DNA from: Amoebidium appalachense
Lineage: Eukaryota; Protista; Ichthyosporea
DNA: 64,000 bases
Direction of reading: 5' to 3'
NCBI GenBank assembly: GCA_963693365.1
Contig: CAVNZM010000003.1
Location: 10,710,988 to 10,774,987 of the forward strand
The notes below the pieces were generated by a model that was given only the letters and a program-made list of their open reading frames with translations, was not told the origin of the DNA and did not search any database. The position numbers and the translations under genes were made by a program. Positions 11,288 to 26,093 of the stretch are shown here, one piece after another (position 1 is the first letter of the stretch; each line of letters opens with the position of its first letter).

Positions 11288-12232
11288 TTCGCACTTTTGT
11301 CTTCCCGGCATGTGAATATGGTTTACCCCTTCTCGCCGCTTGGATCTTGAAGAAAGACAGAACTAGAGCGCTTAAGCCCTTGGCAAATTTCCTTGAAGCA
11401 GAAGTTGCCTCCTTTCTATCTAACAACTGTTGTAAACCAGGCTGTAACGCTCTCGATATATGGTCTGGTCCCAATAGCTGCTAGAGTATCCTATCTCGCG
11501 CTGAAATTCAATAAGCACATAAGCCGCTAAATAAGTGTTTGCCCTCCCACCCTCTCTTCTCTATCCGACCTGTCTCCTCCTCACCTCTCCCCTCTTTCCT
11601 TCCCTCTCTCTCTCCTTCTCCCCCGGGTACAAACACAGATAAACCCCGCAAAAGTGTGCGTGTGACTTTGGACTGCCACTTACTTATTAGATATGTACAC
11701 AATCACAAGATAATTACACAATATAACAAAATTTAATGGAAAAAGATACCGCACGACACCAGACCCGATGAAAGCATACACCTTGAAAAACTAAGCCTTA
11801 TGTCTCGTTTTAATCAGTATAATTACCGCCTTAACCATATTGCCAAATATGGCACTCGCAAATGTGTAACACCTAAATACATATTACCTTCTTGTAGAAT
11901 TGGTCTTTCTCTAGCATGATGGTATTATTGATCACATACCATGCTTTTACTATACACGCGCCATACAGTGGAGATCTAATAAGTTTAAGGTGGCATCGTT
12001 TGCATGCCCAAACAACACACACACACCAGTTAAAACGGTCATGTATCGCCAAATGTAGTTTGATAGACCACATATTACCGCAACACACACACGTCACATT
12101 CACAACAGACACCCAGAAAGATAGCCTACCTGAAAATTACAACATCCTTGATTTTATACTAAACACGCGTAACTACGACCTGTTTATTAGATGTATTGAT
12201 TGGCTTGAGAAACACGTCATTACAAAATTCTA

Positions 12233-12316
<84 letters not shown>

Positions 12317-13686
12317 CCAGCTGATACCGAGTGTCACAGGGGAGCCCGAAAAAAAAACAAAAAAAAAAAACAAAAAAAAAACGAGGAACCCCAACTAATT
12401 GCTTTCTCTTAGTCTTTATAGTCTCGTAGAGAAATTAAACCCTGATATATAATCATCACCCGAAATCTATGTACGTGATCATGATATACTGCTGAGGGGA
12501 TATTCCGAGCAAAACCCCCCATACCTGAGACTGGTCTCTCTTTGCCTCGAGTAAACAGCGTAAACCCCCTGACATATGTACATGCTACAATAGGCAACAA
12601 TTAGCCTACATCGTAGACGTATACGACACCCCTATAACACATTGCATTATGGGTAAGCAGAGGCTAGCATCGTACTAGCTCCAAAAGAAAGTTAAGGCAC
12701 CGTATCACAATATCATACTGTGCAGCTTAATAAGGTGATCTAGGATAATCATTTTAATACGGATATATTGAGGAAGAGAGGGCCCAAAGGAGAATAAAAC
12801 CGCCAATAACCTCCGGTTCTATTACGTTAGCTAACAGGTTACACTTATTGATAGATATGCATCCGCGAGTAAACCGCCCCCCACACATATTACACATACG
12901 AGCAGGACACACCAGAAACCGATTACACCGCCAAGCCATAATCATCTTTGCGTTTTACACCACACCATATTACGAATAAACGAATCTATGTAGGAACGAG
13001 ACTCTCTAACCGTATCCGCTATATAGGCTACTAGTAGTTGGTGTTTTTGCGGTCCTAACACAGGAAGGGACTCAACACGTAGAGTAAAAAGATATCTATC
13101 AGCCATAGACTTGAAACTATTCATATTCACACTATGATCTAGCCGTACCTCCGGTGGGGTCGCCAGCCATTCCGCATAACGCTCGACAATGGGCAGAGAC
13201 GATGTGGAAGGGAAGAGGTAGAGGGGCGAGTCCGGCGGGGATGCGTGTATCATGGCATCCGGAAGAGCGGGTGGTCCGGGGCACAAGCGGACAGGCGGGT
13301 GATGTGCTCGTGAAATTTAAGGGCTAATTCGTGTACGCGTTGTGATGGTGGTGTGAGTGCGTAGAGAGAATCAAAAAGGCGTCTCGGGGTTAGGTGTGGA
13401 AAGACCAGTGAGAAACCGAAAACTCTTTTTCTAAGCAAAATCAGCCGTAAACTGCCTTTAGGCGGCCGCGGATAGTACTTTAGCCCATTTGCAAATCTGC
13501 GTCCTTAAAACGTTTGCAACCAATCAGATCAGATCAGCGAACCATATATAGCTATTAGACACTCTTAGGAATTCAATGGCGAACTAGTGTTGGCCGCTTG
13601 ACTTGAACAGTTTTGGTCATCAGGGCGCCTGAGTGTACTGTACCCACAGACTACAGTGTGCGTGTCTGCCATGTACGTGTGTGTGT

Positions 13687-13739
<53 letters not shown>

Positions 13740-14466
13740 GGGGGAAGGCTTTTACGTAAGGGTAGAGCCAGTCCACAGTGTTTTACTGCGACCACCAAGA
13801 CCCTGAGAAAGCGCTATGTATGCTGTTGCAAGTACAATCACAGAACAAAACATCGGGCCCAAGTTATGTTTTTATGTGTGGCCCATGCATCGTAAGCTAA
13901 GCCATGGGTTTATTGGTGTCGGCTTCTCATTCCGCTGCCACCCTGGAACGGCGCTTGCAAAAACACTCATACCTATATCTAACATCGGTAACTACAATGG
14001 GGGCCTATTCCCCTTTACTTTTAGAACAGTACAGCACCAATATTGTACATATTAGTTGCGATTATTCTGGTAATAAAAGATCAATCGCCATCATCTCTGA
14101 CTCTTAGAGGAAAAAAAAGTGATATAAACAGGGTTGAAAATCAACTCAGCCGAAATCAAATAACTGAATGCAGCAACAAATAACGCAGGGGACACTGACT
14201 GTGTTCCAAGACAAAACGTTCTTGCATCTGTGCATGCCCTTGTGAGACGGGTCAAGTTTGGAGAGATTATGTGTATGTTTGTGCATTGTTTGTTCCTTGC
14301 GTACACAGATTCCAAGTGAACCAGGGAACCAAACCAACTCTTTCACAATCGGTTCGACCTAGGTCACGAATAACATCTATCGTTGGCTAGATATCGAAAA
14401 ATGTGTCTTAGTGCCTGCCACGAATTTCTGGTTTTTACGGTAGGAACCGCTTGCTATACCAAACGT

Positions 14467-14615
14467 TCATGCCGACGGCTTGGGCTTGGCCGACTGCCTT
14501 AGCAAATCCACAAAGGCTGGCAGGTGTTGCAGTTTGTCCTTGACCACATCCGGTAGCACACCCTCCAGCTGGTACCTGCACACATGCAGACACAGATACA
14601 GACACACAAGAGAGG

Positions 14616-14712
<97 letters not shown>

Positions 14713-14768
14713 AGGTGAGAAGAGGGAAAGAAGACTGACGGTTGAAGTTTCCAACCTCTAAAAAACCA

Positions 14769-14811
<43 letters not shown>

Positions 14812-16156
14812 CCCGTCCCTCCAAATTCTGCAACCAAATGAAAAAGCTTGTTGGCTAAAATGGGAAATGACAAATGTTATTATAAAAAGAGAGTCGAAAG
14901 TTCCACATGCAAGGAAATGGTGGGCACATGACGATGGATTTTTTGTTTTGTGTGTGTGTGCACTCTGTAATCGGAGGGAACATGGAACGCACAACGCACA
15001 AAAAGCCAGAACCGGAGCAAAGAGCAAAAAGAGCTTGGTCATGTGTGTGCTTTGTGTACACAAAAGCTCCCCATGACCCACACATGTCAACCAACCAACA
15101 TTCCCACACCCACACCGGTCCATTCATTCGTGAACCCTTCATCCCCCATCCCCACCCCTCTTACTACCCCAGCCCCGAATACACATACACACAGGCACAA
15201 CCCCCTCTCCTCTCTGCCCCCCCCCCCCCCCCTCCCCCCCCCTCCCCCCTCCCCCCCACACCCACATACCTGACAGGCCCTTCTCCAACAGCCACATAAT
15301 CCACATGTTTTCCATCCGCCGCCACCACCAGCTGCCCCCCGTCATTGAACTGCAACCAAAGGGACCTCCCCAGTACCCTAGTTGCCCACCCAACCCGCTC
15401 CAAAAACACAACCGACGCCTTTAACGGGTCGAACTCAACACCACCCGCGGCCCGCGACCCGTTTGCAACACCACCCCCGCCACCGGCCGAAACTGAAGGG
15501 TCGAAACCGTATGCAAGAACACCCCCTGTTTCACCGGCTCCGTCGTTAATATTGTTGTGGGCGCCTGGTTGTGACGCAACCCCAGAGTGCGAAAATCGGG
15601 AAGACGACGCGCCATGTAACCCCCCGGAGTGCGAAATTCCGGTTGACCGGGATTGGAAACCCGACAATAGCGTGCTTGTACTCGTTCCGTGGGAGGAAAA
15701 TGTGCGGATTGAGGAGGCGGGGGTCGGGAGATAGCCGTGGAGGCTGAGACGGGTGGGCGCTTGCATATGGGGGGGTCTGTTGGCCCCCGGTGGGCCCAGT
15801 TTTTCCGCAAGAACCCCATTTGCCAAATTTTCCGTCTGGGCGGTTTGATTTTCCGTCTTTTCGTTGTTTTTGTCTTTGGCATTGGGGGGAGTTTTGCGGT
15901 AGGCATCCGGCCGACGGGATATGACAACGGGGAAACAGTTTGAATTTACGCGGCCTTCCAACACGCCCTGCTGGGGGTTTTTGCTGTTTGACGCGTAAAT
16001 TTCAAGGACCCCCCTCTCTATGGCCAGGCAGAGGGCGCGTGATTCACGCGCGTGCGATAGGAGGGTGTTGACGTGTGCGGGGGCGTCACTTGGGGTTTCA
16101 TTGTTGAAATTGTAGGCGTTCCCCTGCGTGTCGATTACTGAAATGTCCCACTCCGT

Positions 16157-16228
<72 letters not shown>

Positions 16229-17276
16229 GGGGGGAGGGAAGGGAAGGGAAGGGAGGGAGGGGAAAAGGGGAGGGGAGGGGAGGGGAGAAGGGGGGGGGGG
16301 GGGGGGGGGGGGGTAGATCGGTGTTGAAAGCTTAGCTGGTCCGTGTAAATCGTGTTGGTCGAACGGATATTTTTAGCAACTGAAAAGCAAAGGGCAGTTC
16401 CATTTGCCAGCGAACAGGAAACAGAATTCACTATCGGAAACTGTGCATGTGAATGACAGCAGAGATGGTAGTGATGGTGGCAATACCCCCTTCCCCTCCC
16501 CTCCTCCCGCTCCACCTCTGTAGAGAGGGAGAGGGAGAGGGGAGAGGGAGAGGGAGAGGGAGAGGGAGAGGGAGAGGGAGAGGGAGAGGGAGAGGGAGAG
16601 GGAGAGGGAGAGGGAGAGGCAGAAAGCGAGAGAGAGAAAGGGAGAATGACAACAAACAACCGCCACCAACAATCAGTGAAAGCCAGAAATAAAGCCGTGA
16701 GGAGATTAGCGAATAGCACACATTTATAACTCGATATTAACAAGGCACACACGTACATCTGGGGGCGCCAACATAATCATCCCCCCCCCCCCCCCCCCCT
16801 CCCCTCATTCTGAGAAAGAGAAAGAGAAAGAAAAACGAAAAAGAAACCAAACCAGCACCACTACCAAATATGAAAGCCAGAAAGCTCAGCCAAAGAACGC
16901 AAAGAACAGACTCGCTCTTATGATAACTATACCCACACGTGCTTTTAAGGTTGTCAACATCATCACATACCCCCCTATGTTGTTATCGCGTGGTACTATG
17001 CGCACACGTGCCGTGTTGTAGAATGCAGCTTCAAAGTCCCCCGGGGGTCCATTTTCCATCAGCATACACTTTGCCTGGTCCGAGAAATACGTCACCTGCA
17101 CAGGGAAGGTTGTGTGTGTGTGTGTGAAACGCGCGGGGGGGGGGGTTCGATTTCGGAAAGCAGTCAGAACATGCAGATTGAGGAACCCCCCCCCCCCCCC
17201 CCAAAAGCCCCGCCTTTGCGTTCTCCTGCCAATACATGCACACACGGCCAATAACCTCTCCTACCTCGTCATTAGG

Positions 17277-17324
<48 letters not shown>

Positions 17325-17902
17325 CACCCAGACCTCCCCCCACCCCCCCCACCCTTTCCCCTCCATCCCAGCGCACCTTGGGTATGCGTGACCTGATCAA
17401 CCCCACAATGATTGCAGCACATTTGTATTCTTTGTTGTAACCCCCCCCCCCCCCCCCCCTTCCCACCCCTCCCCAAATCTTCCAACACGCACACACACGC
17501 ACACACACACACACACACCAACCCACCTTTGGTGTGCGTGACCTAACCAGCTCCACTATGCTTGCCGCATACTTGTACTTCTTGTGGTAGACACTAGGCA
17601 GACCCTTCAGCAGGTAGGTGCGCACACGCGGTGCCCCCTTCCCCTTGCCCCCTGCCTTTTCCTTCGTGTGCTCCTCCACACGTATCTGCCAAAAACAAAC
17701 ACAACCCTTGTAAAACACCCACCCATCCGCCTCCGGGCTCCACCCCCCCCCCCCCCCCCCCCCCCCCCAGCGCGCCCCCCGGGGCAACTTTTTGCATCCC
17801 CAGCTATCCCTCCTCTATTCTAAAGACCTGTTGTCCGCCGCCAAAAATAATGTGCAAAACCGTAAGTAACTCAAATGCCTTTACGTTGCGTACATTATTT
17901 GA

Positions 17903-17937
<35 letters not shown>

Positions 17938-18895
17938 CTTCCCCCCTCTCCATCTTGTATCCATTCCGTTTACGTGAAATAGTGAGCCACGTGACCCTGA
18001 CACATGCCACAATAACAATAACTGGGCGGAAAGACACAGGATGATCGATAAATTTGGGTTGCTACCCCCCCCCCCCCCCCCTCCATTTTCTTTCCCATCG
18101 CTGTGTGTGTGTGTGTGTGTGGGTGTTTGCTTTTGCACACTCATGGCACGTGCAAGGGTGCGTGCAGGTGGGCCACCGGGGGAGGAGGGGGTGGGAGGCG
18201 GAAAGGGGGGAGGGGGGAGGGGAAGGAAACACAAACCGACAATCCATCTGCCGACACAGTAAACACCTCCGTGACCACTCCCTTCTTCAAAAACTCCAAC
18301 CGGATCCCTCCGGCGCTTCCCGCCCCTCCCTCCTCCTCCGACGACAAAACAGTCACGACGGACCTTTCCTTTTTCTGCGTCAACGGTTGCAGACGGTACG
18401 TACACAGAGGCTTCAACCCCCCCCCCTCCTCCTCCCCGCCCTCCCTCCCCTTCGCTCTCTCCTCCTCCCGTCATCCCCCCTACGGCGTCACTGATGCTGT
18501 TCACGCCGCTGATACCAACACCAACACCAACACCAACACCAACACTAATCTCACCGCGATGGCTGGAAACAAGAGAGCCAAAAGCTGAAACGGGTGCCGA
18601 ATGTTGTTGTTTTTGTTGTTGTGGAAGTGGTGGTAGTGGCTGATTGTGCGGAAAAACCCCTGCCGAGGCCGGGTGAAAATTCTGTTGGTGCCCCCCGTTT
18701 GAATTATGTTGCTGGTGAAGGACCCCGCCGGAAAGTTGCGGGCGGTGGGAGTGGCCACTTGAGTGGGCGTGGGACCCGTGCGTTTGAGTGGGGGCGAACC
18801 CTTGACCTGTGTGTGTGTGCATGATAGGTGAACGATGGGAGAGTGGGATGGGGAAGGTTCCGTGTGAGACACGTGTTTGTTTGTTTGTTGTTGTT

Positions 18896-18951
<56 letters not shown>

Positions 18952-19139
18952 TGTGTGAGTTGGGGCGGGGGGTCACACACACGCAAAGACACAAAGACAC
19001 ACACACACACATGGACACACAGGCAACGGGGTTTCTACCATGCCTGCCGCTAGACAGTTAGAGATGAGAACATAAATGTTCTGCCAACCTTTTGTTGACC
19101 ACAGCCAAGCTGTTTGCAGCACAACTAGGTTATATACAC

Positions 19140-19221
<82 letters not shown>

Positions 19222-19956
19222 GGTAATTGTAACAATCTACCCGTGCATGTTTGCTGACTCATGACTCTATGAGAGATTGAGAGAGGGAGAGATGGGGGGG
19301 GGGGGGGGGGGGAAGGAGGGGTGGTTGGAGAGGAAAGGGAGGAGAGAGGGGAAGGTGGGTTGGAAAGGAAGGAAGGAAAAAAAGGGAGGACAGGGGGGAA
19401 GGGGGGGGGGGGGGGGGGGGGGAGGGGGATTTACCCGACAATGCATTAGAGGGACACCGACATTGGCTGTCCGATGCCGTTTGTGCCGGGCAGCCCGAAT
19501 GGCCCTGATGGAACCCCCCGCCAAGGCCCAAATGCTGCATATTGAGCCCCCCTGCCAAATTTTCAGACTGCAGCGACACTGCAGATGGATACGAGGACAG
19601 TCCGTAGCCTAGGCCGTTGGTGTGGAATGCATTCACGCCCTGGTATGAGAGAGAAGAGTCAAAATAATAATAACACTCTAAAGAAAGAGAGAGGGAAAAG
19701 AAGAAGAGAAAGAGCGAGAGAGAGAGAGAGAGAGAGAAAACAAGGATTGGAAAATTAGATCATATGCTATTATGTTGCTTTCAATTCAGAGACGGGATGT
19801 TAGGACAGAAAAAAGGGAGGAAGGGATGCAACACCGACCACGGAAGGGTAGTCGCGGGTTGGGAGGAATGGTGCAAGAACTTGGTAAAGGGGGGCATGCT
19901 TAATTGTGTATTTGTCTGTGTGCGTCTCTGCCAGCATACATTGCACAGGTGCGCGG

Positions 19957-19990
<34 letters not shown>

Positions 19991-20938
19991 AGGAGGAATA
20001 AAGAATGCTGTACGCAGCAAGAACTACATAATTCAACTCACCAAGGGAGCAGCATACATAGCGCTTACATGCAAAAAAGAACACGCGCATGCGCGCTGTG
20101 TGTGTATGTAAAGTGGAAGATGGATGGGTGAGTGGGTTGGTGGTCGTGGTGGTGGTGGTGGTGGTGGGTGGGTGGGTGGGTGGGTGGGCGGGTGGGGGGT
20201 CGGGGGGGGGGGGGGGGGGGGGGGGGGGGAGGGGACACGTACAGACACAGAGGGAGGAGCATGCATGGTGCAGTGAGTCCTCGGTCCCTGCAGCAATGCC
20301 TCCAGGCACCGCTCACACCCAGCCTGCAGCCCGACCCCATGCCCATGGCCCGACCCGGTCCACTGCTGAACCGGCCCAGAACTCGGCACACCCCCACTGG
20401 CCCTGTCCATAGAATAGGCCCCTGTTCCGTTTTCCGAGTATCCGTGGGTGGACGTGTTTGTTGGTTGTGGTGGTGGAAGCGGCGGTTGTAGTGGGTGTGG
20501 TTGTTGTTGTTGTTGTTGTAATTGTTGGGACGGGTAGGAGGTTCGTTGGTAGTGTTGCTGTTGCTGTTGGTAGTGTGGCGGCATTGGTGCTTGCGGTGGA
20601 GGGGTTTGTTGTGAGGGTGAAATTTGAGGTGACGGCGGTGGGGGCTGGGCTTGTTGTAGCTCCTTGAGAGGCGGGCGGATGTCTTTCAGCCAGGTGCTGG
20701 CGTGGGGGTTATTGTTACCCCCCTTGAAATTTTCGGAGGGAGGAGGGGGGTTCTTGCTGCGATGGGTCTGTCTTGAGGCGTTTGGTTGGAGGAATGGGTG
20801 CCGCGCAACTTGCTGCAGGCTAAGACGCTTTGTTGGGTTCTGCAGGGTTTGAAATTTCAAGGGGGTAACTTGCCAGTATAGGGGGGGGGGGGGGGGGGGA
20901 GACAGAAAGAGAGAGAGAGGGAGATAGATACGTATGGA

Positions 20939-21022
<84 letters not shown>

Positions 21023-21214
21023 AGAGGTCTTTATGTTTCAGCGCACCTATTTCTTGAAACAGAGTAAAGGCGAAAGGACAAGGAGGAGGAGGAGGTGGTC
21101 GTGACCTATTTCTTTTCTTTTATTTTTTATTTTTAGTTTTTATTTGGTGGTGGTGATGGTGGTGGTAGTGGTAGTGGTAGTGGTGGTTGGTTGGTTGGTT
21201 GGTTGGTTGGTTGG

Positions 21215-21260
<46 letters not shown>

Positions 21261-21824
21261 CCGTTTGTAGCAGTAGGGAAATGAGATCCGAAGCCTCGGG
21301 AGACAATGTGTCCGGGAGGGTGTATTCTGCGCGCGTAACCTTGTCGAAGGTCGTCTTGATCTTTTTGCTCTGCACATAACAGAGAAAGGAGATGAGGCAT
21401 GATTATCAACCTTTTCAAAACAAGATGTTTCTCTTTGTTTTTGTTTTTGGGTTGGTGGCCATTGCAAGGCAAGGGCAGGCATCGGGACTTGGGGGTTCGA
21501 GGATGAGTTAGAGAGAGAAGGGGGAGAAGGTAGGGGAGGGGGGGGGGGGGGGGGGGGGGGGGGGCATGTTAAGGGAGCGCTTGCGTGCTCCTATGCAGCC
21601 AAAGAGTGTGTCTGGCATCACAAACACTACAACCGGTAACAATACAACCTGTCCGTTAGAATACGTCGGGCAAAGGGAAGCAGTCAAAACAAGACACATC
21701 GAAAACGAAACAAAGTCAAACAGAACACTACAGGAAGGGGAAAATCCCAGAGAACGAATCGCACAACAGAACCAGCCTACTGTGGCTATCTTCCCGTTTA
21801 CTCGAACGCCAAACCGACAGACAG

Positions 21825-21899
<75 letters not shown>

Positions 21900-22373
21900 C
21901 ACGGCAGACACACGCGCGCACACACATCCGGACACCCACCTGCCCATCCACACCTGTAAGCTACCGAAATGGAATAATAAACCACACCCATCAGCTACAA
22001 AGAAGTTTTCAAAGGAAGGCAAGCGGAGCGACAAACCGGGAGGAGGGGGCAAGGAAGAAGGGTGGAGAACCAGTGTTTGTGTATGTGAGTGTGAGTGTGA
22101 GTGTGAGTCTGTGTGCGCACGCGTGTGTGTGCACACTCGCGTGTTGGGAGGGGGGGGGAGGGGGGAGGGGGAGGGGGGGGGGGGGGGGGAGTAGTTTACG
22201 TCGAATGGTGGTTTGCCGACAAGCATTGTAAAAATTATGACCCCGAGAGACCACAGATCTGACTCCAATCCGTGGGGTCTCCGTGACACTATCTCCCTGT
22301 ACGTGTAGTGTCAGAAGGAGGGGGGGAAGGGGGGGGGGGGGGGGGGGGGGGGGGGGGTGAAAGAAAACAACGG

Positions 22374-22430
<57 letters not shown>

Positions 22431-23371
22431 TGGGGAGGGGAGAGATGCCGAAGATGAGAGAGGAAGTTGTGCCGCGCAACCAGATTGAAAGCATTGTTGG
22501 AAGAGGAAGAGGAAAGGGGGGCGGGAGGGGGGGGAGGGAGGGAGGGGGAGGAGGAGGAAGAGGAGAAGGGGGGGGTGGAGTGGGGTTTGGGGGAGGGGGG
22601 AGGGAGGATTGTGAGATAGATTGTCGTTGCTCTTCATAACGAGTGAGGTAGGAGTGAGACTGTGAGAGATGGACACATATATCGAGATATCGAGCCAGCC
22701 CATGGGTCGCAGGTGCATTGTTGGAACAATCTGTGTGTCTGCCTGTAGTGTAACAGTATAAGGGGTGCACACAAGTGATATGGTGGCGTGAACGGGTGCA
22801 GTCACATAAGAACATAAGCGGGCTACACTCCAAAAACAGAACAAAAAAGAACATCGAGGGCAGGGGAAGGGGTAGGGAGATGGCGGAGAAACGGGGAGGG
22901 GGGAGGGGGGGGGGGAGGAGGGGGGGGAGTTGGGTAGGGACCCAAGAGAAATCAAAACCGCCGGGTTTAACAGCTGAGTTGACCGGTAAGAAGGGGGAGA
23001 GAGCGGGGGGAGAGGGGAGAGGGGGAAGCGGGGGGGGGGGGGGGGCAGGGTTCTCACGGAGCAATGAAGTTTGGTGTTCCACACATGGTCATGTGCTTGT
23101 CCCCTGGTTGCGCCAATCGTGTGGCCAGGCCAAAATCGGCAATTTTCTGCGGAATTGGACTTTCGTCAGAACATAACCTCCGATCCTTATAACTTGCCCT
23201 ATTTCGTTGTCTCTCCCTTCCCCAGTCTGCTATTGGGATAAAGGCTTAAAGCTTTACACATGCCTCCTCCATGCAGGTTTCGAGTATGTAGAAGTGTGTC
23301 AGACAATGGCAGAATGAGTGTTCAGCTTCTTTGGCTCAACTACATAGGTAGCAAAAACAAATATAAGGTGC

Positions 23372-23412
<41 letters not shown>

Positions 23413-23956
23413 AGTACAACCAGAAGGCACGGCAGATAAGAGAGCAACACTGGAGGGATGGAGTGATGGAGGAGGCAAAACAAAGGTGAAGGTGTGTGTG
23501 TGTGTGTGTATGTGTGTGTGTAGGAGGATTGGTTGGTTGGTTGATTGACTGTTCGCTAAGCCTTTGGTGAGGGAGGAGATTCGTGATCACAGACGTACGT
23601 TTGTGTCTCTGTGGTGGTGATGGTGGTATAGAGCAGGGAGGAAAACAAGGAGAAGCAAAGGGGGAGAAGTTTTTAAGGAGAGGTTCGAAGGGAATAGAAA
23701 CGGTTACACGGCACAAAGTAAAAGGCATTCAAGCTGGAAAACGCAACGCACAGGACACACGTCATGTATCACATACAGGCCCAAAACACACAGGCCCAAA
23801 AGCGTTGAGGAGGAAAAGAGAAACGGGGGAATGGCAACAGAGATCCAACTGCGTTCATCTTTTTTGTTCGGAAGTGTGCTTGTGTTTTCACTGGAGAGAA
23901 AGGTACACGAAGGAGGAAATTAGGCAGGACCAAGCAAGCTGTAGTGACGGTATGGA

Positions 23957-24024
<68 letters not shown>

Positions 24025-24198
24025 AGGTAACGAACCACGTCCATGTTTTTTGTCAGAAGCACGTTTGCCAGTTTCAGGTCACGGTGAATAATGTTGTATC
24101 CGTGTAGGTATTCTAGTCCTTTTACTATCTGCCCGACCATACGCCGTGCTTCATCCTCGCTAATGGGTTGACCACGGTCGCGTAGATATCTGCGTGGA

Positions 24199-24254
<56 letters not shown>

Positions 24255-24869
24255 CGGTGTGTGGTGGTGGTGGTGGTTGAGGGGGGGGGGGGGGGGGGGG
24301 GCGGGGTCGAATGTGTGCATGTGTGTGTTCGAGTGTGTGTGTATGCGCCCGCACGCGCATGTATGCTTGTGTGTTTAAAAGCGTGTGTGTGTGTGCATGT
24401 GTTGGGTAAACGAGTAGGTGAGTGGTTGGGTTGATGGTGAGGTTTGTGAAGTGGAACTGTGTGTGTGTGTGTGTGTGTGTGCAGGGAGGAGGAGGAAAAG
24501 GAGGAGAGGAGGGAGGGGAGGGGGGGGGGGGGGGGGGGGAGGGGGAGGGGCGAAGGAGTGGTCGAAGTAGGGGAGAGGTGGTACGAGGCACGTGTGGTCG
24601 GTGTGTGCAGGAACAAAGCTATCGGGAATGCTTGGGATGACAGTCGCACTCTGGTAGGAGAAGAGGCATGCACCGGTCACGGTTGGAATAAGGGGGGTAA
24701 CAAGAAAGGGCTTTAGCTGCAAGAAGAAGAGAGCACAGAAACCACGAAAGAGAAATGCGTGTATGTAGGTGCCTTTTTCGGGTGGGGGGGAGGGGGGGGG
24801 AGGGGGGAGGCGGGGAGAGCTTAGAAGAGGGGTGAGGGTGAGTGGTGGTGGTGATGGTGTCGTGTGTGT

Positions 24870-24920
<51 letters not shown>

Positions 24921-25438
24921 GGGGAGGAGGAAGCTCACGCTCCCACGTGTGCACATGCAGCAAGAGCATCTTTCTATTAATGGGCCATGCAAACAATGAG
25001 AGAGAAACACACAACAGTGCCCCACCTGTGAAGCTCGCCGCTCTCGCACATTTCCAACACGAGATAAACGTAGTTGGAGTCTTCAAAGTAGTTAAACAGC
25101 TCCAAGATGGAGGGATGTTTAAGCTGGCAGTGAATCTCCACCTCGTTCTTGACTCGTTTGACCATTTTGGCAGCTCGCATGGCCTCCTTGTCAATCTGCA
25201 TTGCAAGATGGGCGGCAAAGATGTATGAGAAGCTGCCATGAGGGTGTGTGCTAGATGAAACGAAGAGACACACGCAGGAAAAGCACGTGTGCAGGGTTGT
25301 GCCAACACGTGCTTGTGACACATACGTACCCTTTCATGGATTAAAGAGCCTGCCATGTGCGCACAGAGAGAGCTGCAGACACACACACACACGCACGCAC
25401 GCACACACACGCACGCACGCACGCACGTACGTGCGCGC

Positions 25439-25478
<40 letters not shown>

Positions 25479-26093
25479 AGAGAAGCACTCACACACAAGC
25501 ACAGAAAGCCGTGGTTGCTAAAGCCGTAACAAACACAGAGAAGAGCAGACTTACGCAATGGCACACACATGCACCAGTACGTGTGTGCGCACGCACACGC
25601 GCACACAGAAGGGAGGAAGGGAGGGACGGGGGGGGGGGGGGGGGGGGGAGACAAGGAAGGAGGGAGAAATGGAGAGCGAGCTGGCAAAATAGAGAACATA
25701 GAAACTGGTGGTGATGCGAGCATCCAACTAACACACAAACGCGACTGCTAAACGGTCAGTGAGAGATTGAGAAAAGCAAACGGTGGGCAAGCGGAAGTAA
25801 AACACTAGAAACATTGAAACAACTGAAAGAACACAGTTCGTGCGAAAGTAAAGCAATTACAGAACACGTTGCCCAGCTACAGAAACAAACAACTCACTAC
25901 ACATTAAGTCATTCCAGGAGAGCTGTCTTACCATTTTGATGGCCACCTCAAGGCCGGATGTTTTACATCTTCCCCTGTACACGCACGCATAGGAGCCTTT
26001 CCCCAAAAGGTCAAGAACTTCATATGCGTCGATGCTGCTCCCAAGCGAGGCCTTCGCCCCCACCCCTCCACCTTTCCTCGTGGTTGGTTCCAT
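14467..26093 (-). CDS. PLK4: Polo-like kinase 4 (multi-exon)
   Basis: Kinase exons 26093-25932 (LGKGSYA..VAIKM), 25195-25026, 24189-24036 (HRDLKLAN), 23146-23058 ([12 protein letters not shown]), 22296-22200, 21369-21262, 20839-; low-complexity linker; cryptic polo box ([13 protein letters not shown] ~18400, [21 protein letters not shown] 17686-17527, [15 protein letters not shown] ~17095); PB3 ([16 protein letters not shown] ~15350); last exon ~14576-14467. Linker exon boundaries uncertain. Confidence 0.92.

Larger units (their letters stand above)
9228..12569 (+). mobile_element. 5'-truncated degenerate LINE family B (APE C-terminus + RT + 3' UTR), TSD TGACAT
   Basis: HNTDWG..SDHSPILF (APE), KSCGPDGLP, FIDWKTAYDSV, LQGSLLSPFLFN, LYADD, YKYLG; many stops and frameshifts; ends GCGTAAACCCCC; TGACAT at 9222-9227 and 12570-12575. 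Confidence 0.9.
9124..13416 (-). mobile_element. 5'-truncated, decayed LINE A copy split by a family B insertion
   Basis: 3' end at 9124-9227; resumes at 12570-13416, collinear with 350-672 plus 4222-4722. Confidence 0.88.

Noticed and set aside
13500-13600. CCAAT plus TATA-like promoter on plus
   Set aside because: No supportable downstream gene; the first ATG stops after three codons.
18400-18560. Programmed frameshift in PLK4
   Set aside because: The frame change coincides with G-runs and a possible small intron; sequence error or splicing is simpler.
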